Assembly (NCBI GenBank): GCA_947588655.1
Contig: CANPYS010000001.1
Location: forward strand, 6,391-70,390
From: an uncultured Alphaproteobacteria bacterium
Lineage (GTDB): Bacteria; Pseudomonadota; Alphaproteobacteria; RF32; CAG-239
Length of the DNA stretch: 64,000 nucleotides
Direction: 5' to 3'
Under the pieces are notes generated by a model that saw only the letters and a list, made by a program, of their open reading frames with translations, ran no database searches and was not told the DNA's origin. A program made the position numbers and the translations under genes. The number at the start of each line of letters is the position of its first letter. Positions within the stretch are counted from its first letter, which is position 1. Of this stretch, positions 8,767 to 18,611 are shown in pieces.

Positions 8767-10989
8767 CTAGATTTTCATTGAGCCTAATTTATTTAAAAGC
8801 TCGTCCGCTGTTAGTTTGTTTAAATCTTCCTTAATGCCTTGTGAATCATAATAAACGGTAGAATGAATGGTATTATCTTGTCCAACTTCCCAAATAGCGA
8901 TGACTAAATTTGAAGGAAATAAATCATCTATACGGTTTTTAAAATAATCTTCATAAGCTTTTTTAAGCAATTCTGTTTTTTCTGCGTTAATGTCAGGAAT
9001 ACCCTTAACTTCAATATAAAGGTAAATGCCATTGATAAACTTTAAGATAAAATCAAAATAGCTTTTTTTCACATTAAGAGTGTCGTCTAGATATTCGCCA
9101 AAAATATTAGAGAATGCCAAATTCTTTGCCCACAATTTGATACCGTCTTCATTTTCCGTGTAATCTTTTATTGTTTGAAAAGCGAGCATTTCAGGGGTTG
9201 AATCCAAGGGTTGTTGATTGCCATTGAGTTTGTCCTCCTCGTTAATACTAAACAAGTATTGTTTTTTTGTAATTTCCCTCTTTTTTTGATTATGGGTATA
9301 AATTTCTTGGTATGATTGAGGATCATAAGGTTTTTCTAAAATCTTGTAGCGCGGTTTACAAGTTCTTGTTTTTGATATAATGTTTAAAATATCTTTTTTA
9401 TGTTTTTCCAACAAAACCGTCATTAAAAACTCTTTGAGTATATGGTTTTTCTTTAAAAAGGTGTTTGCTAGAGGGTTTATTAAATCAAACAATTGCTTGT
9501 TGGCGGTTATCAACCTCTTATAATCTCTCAGAAATATAAACGGATTTGTGATTGTCGTATAAATTTGATTGCCGTTTGCTGTGCTTAAAACCTTTTTGTA
9601 TGTTTTATAGTCATTAATAAATATTCTTTTAATTTCCTGTAAAAAAGGATTTTCACTCTCATTTAACCAATCTGTAAACTTTTTCGTAAATTGTTCGTTT
9701 GATTTTGAATTTTTTATTTCCCCTTTATTTTCTATATCTATGGATAAAAATGTTTCGTTTGAAAACTTTTCTCTGACTTTGTAATGATATTCGTTTATTT
9801 CGTCATTTTCTGTTTGTGTATTAGAATAGATATAATATTTTGAGGTTACATCATTGTATTCAAGGTTCGGATAGGGGTTGCGCTTTATTCTGCCTAAGGT
9901 TTGAATATTTAAATTTGTTGAGGATACGTTTCGTAATTGAATCAACATACAAGCTCTTGGAATATCCCATCCTGTTGAGGGACCAATTTTGAAAATGATA
10001 GCGTCAATGTCATTGTTGTTTTCTGTTATTTCATCTAGGGTAAATTTATTTTTATAAACCCTGTTGGAGTCTTTGTCGTTATTGCCAAAATATTGAATCC
10101 ATGCTATATTGTGGCAATCAAGTGTTTTTTTGATGTTTGCTATTCCCTCATGAAAGGCTAGAGATTTGATTTTATCTTTGGGCGCGTCATTATCTACCTG
10201 TATCAGCATAGCAGGGTGAATACCGATGTTTAAGTTGGCGTATTCTTTTTTTATTTGTTGAAAATGTTTAATGGCATCTTCTAAAACTTCTGTGTCTTGT
10301 AAACTTTTATTTAATAGAGATTGTGGAGTTGTTTTTAAAAGATATTTGTCTTCATTAAGCAATCTATTGTTTAAATCACTTTCTTTTAAGATAACTTTTT
10401 GAGTGAATGGATTTCTATAATCCGGTGTTGCTGTCATTTTTAAGACAAATGTGGCGTTATTGTTCATCAGATTTTCAAAATCTTCGTCTTTGTTTGGTTT
10501 CTCTCCACCAATGTGTGCCTCATCTCGGATATAAATCAACTTTAGTCCTTTATCTTTAGCGCAAATTACAAAATCTGTGATAATGCCATATTCGCTTAAA
10601 ATCCGCCCTTTTCCGAAAGATGATTTGCCAAAAATATAAACTTTGTTTTGTTCAGGGATGATTTTGTTTATGCTTTCAGTTTTTTCTGTTTTTGCCGTGG
10701 AAGGCGATTGAATATATTCCACCTCAAATTTTGAATAAGGTAAATCTGTCTTATATTTATTGAGCTTTTGTTCAAAAAAATACGGCAAAGAGGAAGAAGA
10801 TGGGGTTGCAACCACAAAAATAAATTGGTCATTTGGATTGCGTTCAATTATAGAGGATATAAAATAAGACGCCATTAAGGTTTTGCCACTACCTGTGGGT
10901 GCTTTAAATTCACAAACCACTTTTTGAGATGGCTGGTATAAATCCAAAATTTGTTGCACGGTTTTTTGTTGGAGTGAAGTTAGTTCCAT
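8767..10989 (-). CDS. res: Type III restriction enzyme Res subunit (SF2 helicase plus C-terminal PD-ExK nuclease)
   Basis: Walker A APTGSGKT, DEAH box (IRDEAH), motif III TATP, motif VI QTLGRIKR, C-terminal ...YLYIEVKG (ExK). Start ATG overlaps the mod stop (ATGA). Confidence 0.85.
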   Translation of the reverse strand: MELTSLQQKTVQQILDLYQPSQKVVCEFKAPTGSGKTLMASYFISSIIERNPNDQFIFVVATPSSSSLPYFFEQKLNKYKTDLPYSKFEVEYIQSPSTAKTEKTESINKIIPEQNKVYIFGKSSFGKGRILSEYGIITDFVICAKDKGLKLIYIRDEAHIGGEKPNKDEDFENLMNNNATFVLKMTATPDYRNPFTQKVILKESDLNNRLLNEDKYLLKTTPQSLLNKSLQDTEVLEDAIKHFQQIKKEYANLNIGIHPAMLIQVDNDAPKDKIKSLAFHEGIANIKKTLDCHNIAWIQYFGNNDKDSNRVYKNKFTLDEITENNNDIDAIIFKIGPSTGWDIPRACMLIQLRNVSSTNLNIQTLGRIKRNPYPNLEYNDVTSKYYIYSNTQTENDEINEYHYKVREKFSNETFLSIDIENKGEIKNSKSNEQFTKKFTDWLNESENPFLQEIKRIFINDYKTYKKVLSTANGNQIYTTITNPFIFLRDYKRLITANKQLFDLINPLANTFLKKNHILKEFLMTVLLEKHKKDILNIISKTRTCKPRYKILEKPYDPQSYQEIYTHNQKKREITKKQYLFSINEEDKLNGNQQPLDSTPEMLAFQTIKDYTENEDGIKLWAKNLAFSNIFGEYLDDTLNVKKSYFDFILKFINGIYLYIEVKGIPDINAEKTELLKKAYEDYFKNRIDDLFPSNLVIAIWEVGQDNTIHSTVYYDSQGIKEDLNKLTADELLNKLGSMKI

Positions 10990-12689
10990 TATTTTTCTCC
11001 GTCATTTTGTTTTTGTGGATTAAGGGCGGATAAATCGTTATAAATGTCAAAATCATTGCACGGATGATAGTTTTCATTCAGCTTTTTAAACTCTAGTTTT
11101 GCTTTTTCTTTTAATTCTTCTGCTTTTTCTAAATCTTGTAATGTGAGTTCTGTCGTTTCAATATTAAATACGCGGACGGCATTGTTTGTGAGATAGGGTT
11201 TTTCTTTTGTATATGTCCACTCTATCTTTTCTCCATTGCTTCCTTTACCGTTAATAACGCGGTATAGCCGCTCGCGTGTGATTTTTTCGCCGATACCATT
11301 TTCATTATTTGTAACCAAAATAAATTTGCGCTTTCCGCCGTCTTCTTCATTAAGTTCCATGACGGCTTGCCCTGTTGTGCCACTACCTGCATAAAAATCA
11401 AGGATTGTTGAATCTTGTTTTTTTATGCCTTTAATTAAATATGTAATTAATTCTATAGGCTTTGGATTTCCGAATAATCTTTCATTAAGTAATTTTTCTA
11501 GCTCTTTTGTTCCATTACTACTTGAAATGTTGATGAAACTTTTTAGAGGACCTTCCGATATTACTTTTTTTTGTTTTGCATCTATAAATATTTTTTTTAC
11601 AACACTATACCCAAGAGATGTTTCCTTGATGTAAATTTTATCTCTTTCCTCATTAAATTTATTAAGCTTCCAAGTCCAACGCCCTAACTTATTTCCTTTT
11701 TTAGGAGGTCTTATCTTAATATATCCTTTTTTTAATAATGTTAGATTATCTTTATAAACTTCATCTTCTATATTATTTGTCTTTGCTTTTTCTATATCAT
11801 AATCAGCTACAGCAATTTTATCTTTTGTGCTTGGATTATAGTATATTGTGTAACCTAAATTAGGTCTTCGATTTAAAGTGCCTCCTGCACCTCCCGTTAG
11901 AATTCCAGAACCTTCATAAAAAGATTCCCCATTTTCTTGTATAACTTTTATACTTTTTTCTGTTTCCACAGAAAGAAGATTTTTTTGATTTTTCTTGGCT
12001 ATTATAAGAATGTATTCATGATTTTTTTGTAAATTATCGGCATCATTTTGGGCGTTCCCTTTTAGCCAAATTAAATTTCCAACAAAATTTTCTTCCCCAA
12101 AAATTTCATCGCATAGGACTTTTAAATAAGCTTGTTCGCTGTCGTCTATGGAGATAAAAATTACGCCCGTGTCGCTTAATAATCGTTTTGCCAGTTTTAA
12201 GCGTTCATTGAGCATATTAAGCCAACCATCGCGAGTGAACTTATCTCTGTAAATAAATTTTTCTGCCTTTATTTCTTCTTTATAATCATTGCCGTCAGCT
12301 TTTGAGGCTTCTGTGTTATAAGGTGGATCAATATAGATGACATCAATCAGACCTTTGCCATTTTTATCTATATAAGTGGCGCACAAGTTCTTTAGGGCAT
12401 CATAATTTTCACCAATAATCAGCTTATGTTCTAATTTTCCGTCAAAATCTATGTTTATACCTAATTCTCTGTTTTCCTTTATAAGGGCTACGGCATCATG
12501 ATTAACTTCCGGTGCTTCATCAAATACAAAACCTGTTTTTACACGCTGTGTAATTAAGTTATAAACTGCGTTTAAGTCATTATCAGCGGTGTTCTCAATA
12601 ATTTTCTTGGCAATTTGCTTTTGCTCCTTGTTAAAAGAAACAGTCGGTATTCTTTCAAGTTTTGCAATGTATTCTTCTTTTAATGCCAT
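10989..12689 (-). CDS. mod: Type III Mod subunit, beta-class N6-adenine DNA methyltransferase
   Basis: Motif IV DVIYIDPPYNT lies N-terminal to motif I FYAGSGTTGQAV (beta-class order). Central variable region (TRD). Translationally coupled to res. Confidence 0.85.
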   Translation of the reverse strand: MALKEEYIAKLERIPTVSFNKEQKQIAKKIIENTADNDLNAVYNLITQRVKTGFVFDEAPEVNHDAVALIKENRELGINIDFDGKLEHKLIIGENYDALKNLCATYIDKNGKGLIDVIYIDPPYNTEASKADGNDYKEEIKAEKFIYRDKFTRDGWLNMLNERLKLAKRLLSDTGVIFISIDDSEQAYLKVLCDEIFGEENFVGNLIWLKGNAQNDADNLQKNHEYILIIAKKNQKNLLSVETEKSIKVIQENGESFYEGSGILTGGAGGTLNRRPNLGYTIYYNPSTKDKIAVADYDIEKAKTNNIEDEVYKDNLTLLKKGYIKIRPPKKGNKLGRWTWKLNKFNEERDKIYIKETSLGYSVVKKIFIDAKQKKVISEGPLKSFINISSSNGTKELEKLLNERLFGNPKPIELITYLIKGIKKQDSTILDFYAGSGTTGQAVMELNEEDGGKRKFILVTNNENGIGEKITRERLYRVINGKGSNGEKIEWTYTKEKPYLTNNAVRVFNIETTELTLQDLEKAEELKEKAKLEFKKLNENYHPCNDFDIYNDLSALNPQKQNDGEK

Positions 12690-13215
12690 TTTCCTCTCCG
12701 TTATAAATCATAAAGAAAAACCACCTTGTTCATAAGGTGGTCGGAGAGTTAAACAATCATATCGTGCAAAATGACTCTTTTAGCCTTTTCAACCAAATAT
12801 GGTCTTGGACATACGCTAAAAGCTCCCCGACCATACAAGATGAATCGGGGATATATTCTTGCTTGCGACCAAATACTACGGTAACAAGCAAATTAACGAT
12901 GTTATACCCTAACACCGTGCACGATAAGAGCTGTTTAATGCTCCGCACCTTAAACCAAGGCACTGGGTTGTGGAAATTCCGCAACCTTACTTGAAGCATA
13001 TATTAAAATATTTAATATCTCAAGAGATTTTTATATATTTCAGCGAATCATGAAAATTTATATCAATCAAACAAAATCTCGTTAGGGGCAAAGATTGCTT
13101 TTTGAAAGAAAAATAAGTTGTGAAAAAGTTGTTGTGTTTTTAGTAAAAATTTGCTAAAGTATGAATGTTTAATAAATTCTATTATTTCTATTTCTTTTTT
13201 GAAACTTGACCTTGG

Positions 13216-13246
13216 CAGAAATTAAAGGCATTCCTTTCGGGAATGC
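13216..13246. terminator. palindromic terminator hairpin 3' of tRNA-Val
   Basis: AAAGGCATTCC-tttcg-GGAATGCCTTTTTT. Perfect 10-bp stem with A/T flanks on both sides. Confidence 0.6.
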
Positions 13247-13255
13247 CTTTTTTAA

Positions 13256-13332
13256 TGGTGGGCGTTGAGAGATTCGAACTCCCGACCCTCTCGGTGTAAA
13301 CGAGATGCTCTAACCAACTGAGCCAAACGCCC
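13256..13332 (-). tRNA. tRNA-Val (anticodon UAC)
   Basis: The reverse complement folds as a cloverleaf: GGGCGTTTGGCTCAGTTGGTTAGAGCATCTCGTTTACACCGAGAGGGTCGGGAGTTCGAATCTCTCAACGCCCACCA. T-loop GGTCGGGAGTTCGAATC, anticodon loop tTTACAc, encoded CCA. Confidence 0.85.
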
Positions 13333-13419
13333 GATAAAATACTTTAGGCTTTATAATGGATTAATTTCTTAAAATCAAGCAAAAAATATAAAAAAAGACC
13401 TGCTTGTGCAGGCAGGTCT

Positions 13420-13857
13420 TTAAATAGCGTTTAAAATTGTTCGGACATTGTCAATGTTGTCAGTTTCATAACGCGGTATGAGATGCCCACAACACATGGA
13501 GTCTTTCCATGGTCCTTTCCAATCAGCCCAACCCCAATGATATCCGTTCCTGATATTGTGCGCCTCAATACCATTGGCACGAAAAACTTTCATGGCATCG
13601 TTGATGACAAGGGCATTTTTCCAAAAGAGTAAAAGCTCTGTGCTTTTCATTAAACGCTCACCTTTTTCTCTCGCAAGCTTATCGGCATCGAGCCAGTTGG
13701 AATTGGGATAATACAGCTTGTTTAAATACAAACCGGCAACCTCAACGCCATAAACATTTTTCTTGTAGCCTAAATGTAAATAAGGCAAACGATAAATTTT
13801 GCCATCACCAAATGTGTAAATGACGGGCAGAGGTGTTCTTACCTTTAAATTTTCCAT
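13420..13857 (-). CDS. hypothetical protein (Trp/Gly-rich; no family recognised)
   Basis: 145-aa ORF with a plausible start. Composition is not low-complexity. Confidence 0.4.
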   Translation of the reverse strand: MENLKVRTPLPVIYTFGDGKIYRLPYLHLGYKKNVYGVEVAGLYLNKLYYPNSNWLDADKLAREKGERLMKSTELLLFWKNALVINDAMKVFRANGIEAHNIRNGYHWGWADWKGPWKDSMCCGHLIPRYETDNIDNVRTILNAI

Positions 13858-13978
13858 AACATAATAAATTTTAATAATTTAACATTACTTTTAACATAAA
13901 ACCCTTATTCTAAAAGTCAACAAAAAAATAAGGCAGAACTATTTAAGCCTGCCTTATTTTAACTTTCAACAAATAAAA

Positions 13979-14254
13979 TTATTTGTTTACCGCTTCATGC
14001 AAAGCTTTACCAGCTTTGAACTTGGCTTGTTTGCGAGCTGCAATTTTAATCACAGCACCGGTGCGCGGGTTGCGGCCGGTTGTGGCAGCGCGTTTGGCAA
14101 CGGAGAATGTACCGAAGCCAACCAAGCGAACTTCGTCGCCTTTCTTCAAAGCTTTAGTAACAGAAGCTACAAAAGCATCAACAGCCTTAGCTGTATCTGT
14201 CTTTGTCAAGCCGGTTGAGCTAGCAATGCTAGAAATGAGTTCATTTTTATTCAC
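13979..14254 (-). CDS. hup: DNA-binding protein HU
   Basis: GTG start preceded by GAGGGAG. (V)NKNELISSIA...GFGTFSVAKRAATTGRNPRTGAVIKIAARK is the canonical HU/IHF fold signature. Confidence 0.85.
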   Translation of the reverse strand: MNKNELISSIASSTGLTKTDTAKAVDAFVASVTKALKKGDEVRLVGFGTFSVAKRAATTGRNPRTGAVIKIAARKQAKFKAGKALHEAVNK

Positions 14255-14567
14255 GGTGAGGACTCCCTCTAAAAAAGTTAAAAACCAATGTGATATGCAC
14301 AATTTGCGCCTATCACACTTAAATTGAAACGATTTTTTTGGCGTCTGTCAAATAAAAAAAACACTTTTTTGCACAAATAACCCTGTTTTTTTGTTTTTTT
14401 GCACTATTTTTGAGTGTCGGAAGGTCAAAAAAACGGATTTTTTATAACTTTTTTGAAGAAAAAAAGACTCGGGCGCTTTAAAATTTGGCCGAGTCTGTTA
14501 TTTTTCTTTTCTTTTTTAAAAAACGGATATATAAATAAATGTGTCTGTTCTTTTTAAGGAGGTTGTG

Positions 14568-15308
14568 ATGAATAAAATATATGCTTATATTTTGCGCGGC
14601 AGCGGTGTTGGCGCCTTTTTGCTTTTTGCAATGGCTTTTCTGGCTTCTCTTTATTATATGTATCCTGTTCGTTCGGTTTTAGTGGATAGCATTCCTTATA
14701 TGCAAGATGTGGCAGATCAGTTGTTGCCGGTTAAAATTGAAAATGGTCGGATTGTTGAGCCGCTGGATACTTATCGTGAAGTCAAACTTTTTGCCGATGA
14801 AGATTTGAATGATGATGAGTCAAATGATATGTCGCCTTTTTCGTATCGTTTGGTTCTAGATACGCGTGCAGATGAATTGGACGCTTATCAATTTTCAGAC
14901 GGTATATATGTGTCGCGGCAATATATTTATATGGTTGCCAATAAAAATGTTGAGCGCCAGTCTTTGGAAGGAACTTATGAAATTGAGAAAAAAGATTATA
15001 GCGATGTTTTTGAAGATATCGTTCAATGGGCTTCGTGGGGCTATTTCTTTATTTTATTGCTGAGTGTTTTTATGGGGTATTTTGTGCTGACAATTATCCT
15101 TTCGTTTTTGAGCGCTCTTGCTTTGCATATTTATGGGCGCTCTTTAAGCTTTGATGTTAAAATGCGGATGACAAGCGTTATATTTGTTGCAGTGCAGATT
15201 TTATATATTTTGCTCACAAGTTGCGGCATTTCTATGACTTGGTGGCTGTGGTCATGCTTGCTTGTTATTTTCGGGCAAATCTTGCTTGTGAAAAAATTGC
15301 CGGCATAA
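14568..15308 (+). CDS. hypothetical integral membrane protein
   Basis: AGGAGG RBS then ATG (MNKIYAYILRG...). Several TM segments and an acidic loop. Followed by a terminator. Confidence 0.45.
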   Translation: MNKIYAYILRGSGVGAFLLFAMAFLASLYYMYPVRSVLVDSIPYMQDVADQLLPVKIENGRIVEPLDTYREVKLFADEDLNDDESNDMSPFSYRLVLDTRADELDAYQFSDGIYVSRQYIYMVANKNVERQSLEGTYEIEKKDYSDVFEDIVQWASWGYFFILLLSVFMGYFVLTIILSFLSALALHIYGRSLSFDVKMRMTSVIFVAVQILYILLTSCGISMTWWLWSCLLVIFGQILLVKKLPA

Positions 15309-15327
15309 GGTTAAAAAAACTCTGTTT

Positions 15328-15356
15328 CAAGCCCCGCGAAGGGGCTTGATTTTTTT
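15328..15356 (+). terminator. rho-independent terminator
   Basis: CAAGCCCCGCGAAGGGGCTTG followed by TTTTTTT. Confidence 0.7.
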
Positions 15357-15448
15357 GTCATTTTTTTGTTGCATTTGTTTTTATTTTATTATATAAAAGA
15401 GGACATAAGAAATTATTAACCCTAATTATTAACAAAAAACAAAAAATT

Positions 15449-15874
15449 ATGAAAACAAAAAAATTTGAGGGGATTCTCCTCACGCTGTTCGGTGCGGTTG
15501 CTGGGTATTTGCTTCTTCGTTTCTTCGCAATGTCGTTTATTGTTGAAATAAACGAGGCGAGCGCGCCTGTTGCTATGGCGTTGTTCGGGCACATGTTCTT
15601 GTTTATCTATTTGCCCATCGTATGGATGTGCAAAAAAACACCGGCCGGAGCTTCATGGCCTCGTATATCAGAGATCTTGGCACTAAGTGTCGTCTGGATG
15701 ACGATAGTTTTTGACGCCGCATTAAACAATGTTCTTTTGGGACAATTGTGGTATACTGTATCGGATTTTTTGTTTGTATGGCTTACCGCTATACCGTTTG
15801 TCACGACAAAAAAATCCAAAAAGATTTTGACTATTGTCGGCATTGTCCTGACCGTGATTGCCGCTTTCTTCTAA
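15449..15874 (+). CDS. hypothetical small membrane protein (4 TM)
   Basis: 141-aa hydrophobic ORF in an AT-rich region. Confidence 0.4.
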   Translation: MKTKKFEGILLTLFGAVAGYLLLRFFAMSFIVEINEASAPVAMALFGHMFLFIYLPIVWMCKKTPAGASWPRISEILALSVVWMTIVFDAALNNVLLGQLWYTVSDFLFVWLTAIPFVTTKKSKKILTIVGIVLTVIAAFF

Positions 15875-15976
15875 AATTAATAGACGCTTCTTTTTTAAGA
15901 GGCGTCTTTTGTTTTTTAAAGAATCAAAAACACTCCTGTTGCGGAGTGTTCTCATATAAAGATGACTTTATATTAA

Positions 15977-16204
15977 TTATTTTTTGCTGCTTTTTGCAGC
16001 CGGTTTGGAAGCCGGTTTGGAAACAGTTTTGCTAGCAGGTTTTTTGGCTGAGCAAGAAGGCTTCTTGGCAGAGCAAGATTTTTTGGAGCAAGAAGAAAAT
16101 TGTTCAACAGCCATTGACCAGAACTTTTCATCCTGTCCGCTCGGGCAGCCGGCGTTTTGCCAAAGGAAATAAGCAGCTTCCCGAATGTAATTTTCATTAG
16201 ACAT
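15977..16204 (-). CDS. DUF2934-like small protein with Lys/Ala/Ser-rich basic tail
   Basis: N-terminal motif IREAAYFLWQNAGCPSGQDEKFW.MA resembles DUF2934. C-terminus is KKPSCSAKKPASKTVSKPASKPAAKSSKK. Confidence 0.5.
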   Translation of the reverse strand: MSNENYIREAAYFLWQNAGCPSGQDEKFWSMAVEQFSSCSKKSCSAKKPSCSAKKPASKTVSKPASKPAAKSSKK

Positions 16205-16400
16205 ATATCTTCTCCATAATAGATAATAAATTAAAACATCACCTAATATATATACTTTTTTTTAGAAGGTCAATATATATTTTTAATTTAAATGTGATGT
16301 TTATTTTCTTGCATTTAAATAAAAGTGTCGTTATAGATATAAGATAGGGTTTTAAGACTGTTGATATTTATTATTTTTAAAAATAACCTGCGGAGGCAAG

Positions 16401-18599
16401 ATGGAAAATTTATTATCAAAAGAAGAAATGAACGCCATTGTTGACGGTGACCACGGTAATGTTTTTGCTGTTTTGGGAATCCATCGTGATAAGGGGTCTA
16501 AAAACGTTTTTATCCGCACTTTTCAACCACATGCAGAAACAGTTGAACTTATTGATGAATCGGGGCAATCGCTTGGTATGCTCACAAAACTTGATGAGCA
16601 TGGTTTTTTCCAAATTAATTTGGGTGCAAAAGAAAATTTTAAATATCGTTTTAAGATTACAAACGATATTCATCAGTCTTATGTTATAGAAGATCCTTAT
16701 CGTTTTTTACCAACAATCGGGGATATTGATGAATATCTTTTTTCAGAGGGGAATCACCGCGATATTTATAAAAAACTTGGCGCGCATATTATAGAAATGG
16801 ATGGCGTGAAAGGTGTGGCTTTTGCCGTGTGGGCGCCGAATGCTAAGCGTGTTTCCGTCGTGGGCGATTTTAATAATTGGGATGGTCGCGCACATGTGAT
16901 GCGTAAACATCCGACCTGTGGCGTATGGGATATTTTTGTGCCGGGAATCGGCGAAGGTGAAGTTTATAAATATGAAATTAAAACTTATGAAAATTATATT
17001 CTTTGTAAGACTGATCCGGTCGGATTTTATGCCGAAAAACGCCCTAAAACAGCCTCTATTGTTTTTGATTTGAATCACTATACATTTAATGATGCACAAT
17101 GGATGGCTTATCGCGAATCGTATAATAGTTTTGATAAGCCGATGTCTATTTATGAAGTGCATCTTGGCTCGTGGCGGCGCAAAGGCGAGCATGGCGAATC
17201 GTATTTGACTTATCGCGAATTTGCCGATTGGCTTGTGCCTTATGTGAGCAATATGGGCTTTACGCATGTTGAGTTTTTGCCTTTGTGCGAACATCCGTTA
17301 GATGCCTCGTGGGGTTATCAGGTCACAGGGCTTTTTGCACCAACATCACGTTTTGGGAATCCCGACGATTTCAGGTATATGATTGATCGTTTTCACCAAG
17401 CGGGAATCGGCGTGATTATGGATTGGGTGCCAGCGCACTTTCCAAAAGACGGACATGGTTTGGTGGAATTTGATGGAACACATCTTTATGAACATGCCGA
17501 TCCGCGCAAGGGCGAACATAAAGATTGGGGAACAAAAATTTATAATTACGGACGAACAGAAGTTTGCAATCTGTTGTGCGCGAGTGCTCTTTATTGGCTG
17601 AAAGAATATCATATTGACGGTTTGCGCGTTGATGCCGTTGCTTCTATGCTTTATTTGGATTATTCACGTAAAGACGGCGAATGGATCCCGAATCAATATG
17701 GCGGTAATGAAAATTTGGAAGCTATTTCTTTCTTGCGGAAAATGAATGAACTTGTCTATGGGCAGAATCAGGGTGTTTTGACATGCGCTGAAGAATCCAC
17801 CGCGTGGCCGATGGTTTCACGCCCGACAAGTATGGGTGGTTTGGGTTTTGGTTATAAATGGAATATGGGTTGGATGAATGATACGTTGCGTTACATCAGT
17901 CATGAACCAGTGCATCGGAAATATCATCATGGGCTTTTAACATTCGGACTTTTGTATGCCTTTAACGAAAACTTTATTCTGCCGATTTCACATGATGAGG
18001 TTGTTCACGGCAAAGGTTCTATGCTTTCCAAAATGCCTGGCGATGAGTGGCAAAAGTTTGCGAATCTGCGTGCTTATTATGGTTTTATGTGGACGCATCC
18101 GGGCAAAAAACTTTTGTTTATGGGGTGTGAATTTGGGCAGGATTGGGAATGGAATTCGGCTGAAAGTTTGCGCTGGCATTTGCTCCAGTATCCGATGTAT
18201 AAAGGTGTTCAAAACTGCGTGCGCGATTTGAATCTGATGTATAAAGGCAATGCTCCATTGTATGAAGAAGACTTTGATTATAAAGGCTTTGAGTGGATTG
18301 ATCATTCAGATTGTGATGATAGTGTTGTTTCATACATCAGGCGTGGTCATCATCCGGATGACTTTTTGATTGTGGTGTGTAACTTTACGCCGGTGGTGCG
18401 TCGTAATTTTAGAATCGGCGTGCCAGAAGCTTGTCGCTATCAAGAAATTTTTAATAGTGATGATCCAAGTTATTGGGGAAGTGGTGTTCGTAATGAAGGC
18501 TTGATGAATGTGAAAGGCGAGGGGTGGAATATGAAACCTTTTTCGTTGGAGATTGTTTTGCCTCCACTTTCTACCATTGTGATTAAGCCTATCAGATAA
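16401..18599 (+). CDS. glgB: 1,4-alpha-glucan branching enzyme
   Basis: 732 aa, GH13 catalytic motifs (GIGVIMDWVPAHF, DGLRVDAV, EESTAWP, LPISHDEVVHGK), N-terminal CBM48-like region. Confidence 0.9.
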   Translation: MENLLSKEEMNAIVDGDHGNVFAVLGIHRDKGSKNVFIRTFQPHAETVELIDESGQSLGMLTKLDEHGFFQINLGAKENFKYRFKITNDIHQSYVIEDPYRFLPTIGDIDEYLFSEGNHRDIYKKLGAHIIEMDGVKGVAFAVWAPNAKRVSVVGDFNNWDGRAHVMRKHPTCGVWDIFVPGIGEGEVYKYEIKTYENYILCKTDPVGFYAEKRPKTASIVFDLNHYTFNDAQWMAYRESYNSFDKPMSIYEVHLGSWRRKGEHGESYLTYREFADWLVPYVSNMGFTHVEFLPLCEHPLDASWGYQVTGLFAPTSRFGNPDDFRYMIDRFHQAGIGVIMDWVPAHFPKDGHGLVEFDGTHLYEHADPRKGEHKDWGTKIYNYGRTEVCNLLCASALYWLKEYHIDGLRVDAVASMLYLDYSRKDGEWIPNQYGGNENLEAISFLRKMNELVYGQNQGVLTCAEESTAWPMVSRPTSMGGLGFGYKWNMGWMNDTLRYISHEPVHRKYHHGLLTFGLLYAFNENFILPISHDEVVHGKGSMLSKMPGDEWQKFANLRAYYGFMWTHPGKKLLFMGCEFGQDWEWNSAESLRWHLLQYPMYKGVQNCVRDLNLMYKGNAPLYEEDFDYKGFEWIDHSDCDDSVVSYIRRGHHPDDFLIVVCNFTPVVRRNFRIGVPEACRYQEIFNSDDPSYWGSGVRNEGLMNVKGEGWNMKPFSLEIVLPPLSTIVIKPIR

Positions 18600-18611
18600 A
18601 AGGAAGATAGT

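Larger units (their letters stand above)
8734..13104. mobile_element. putative horizontally acquired Type III restriction-modification islet bounded by 20-bp direct repeats, adjacent to tRNA-Val
   Basis: AGGGGTAAAGATTGCTTTTT (8734-8753) and AGGGGCAAAGATTGCTTTTT (13084-13103) flank mod-res. The interior is visibly more AT-rich than its surroundings. No integrase seen. Confidence 0.5.

Noticed and set aside
12737-12999. Overlapping 80-85-aa ORFs on both strands just outside the mod start
   Set aside because: They are mutually exclusive and overlapping, with no RBS and a non-protein-like composition. The region is more likely the mod promoter/leader of the acquired islet.
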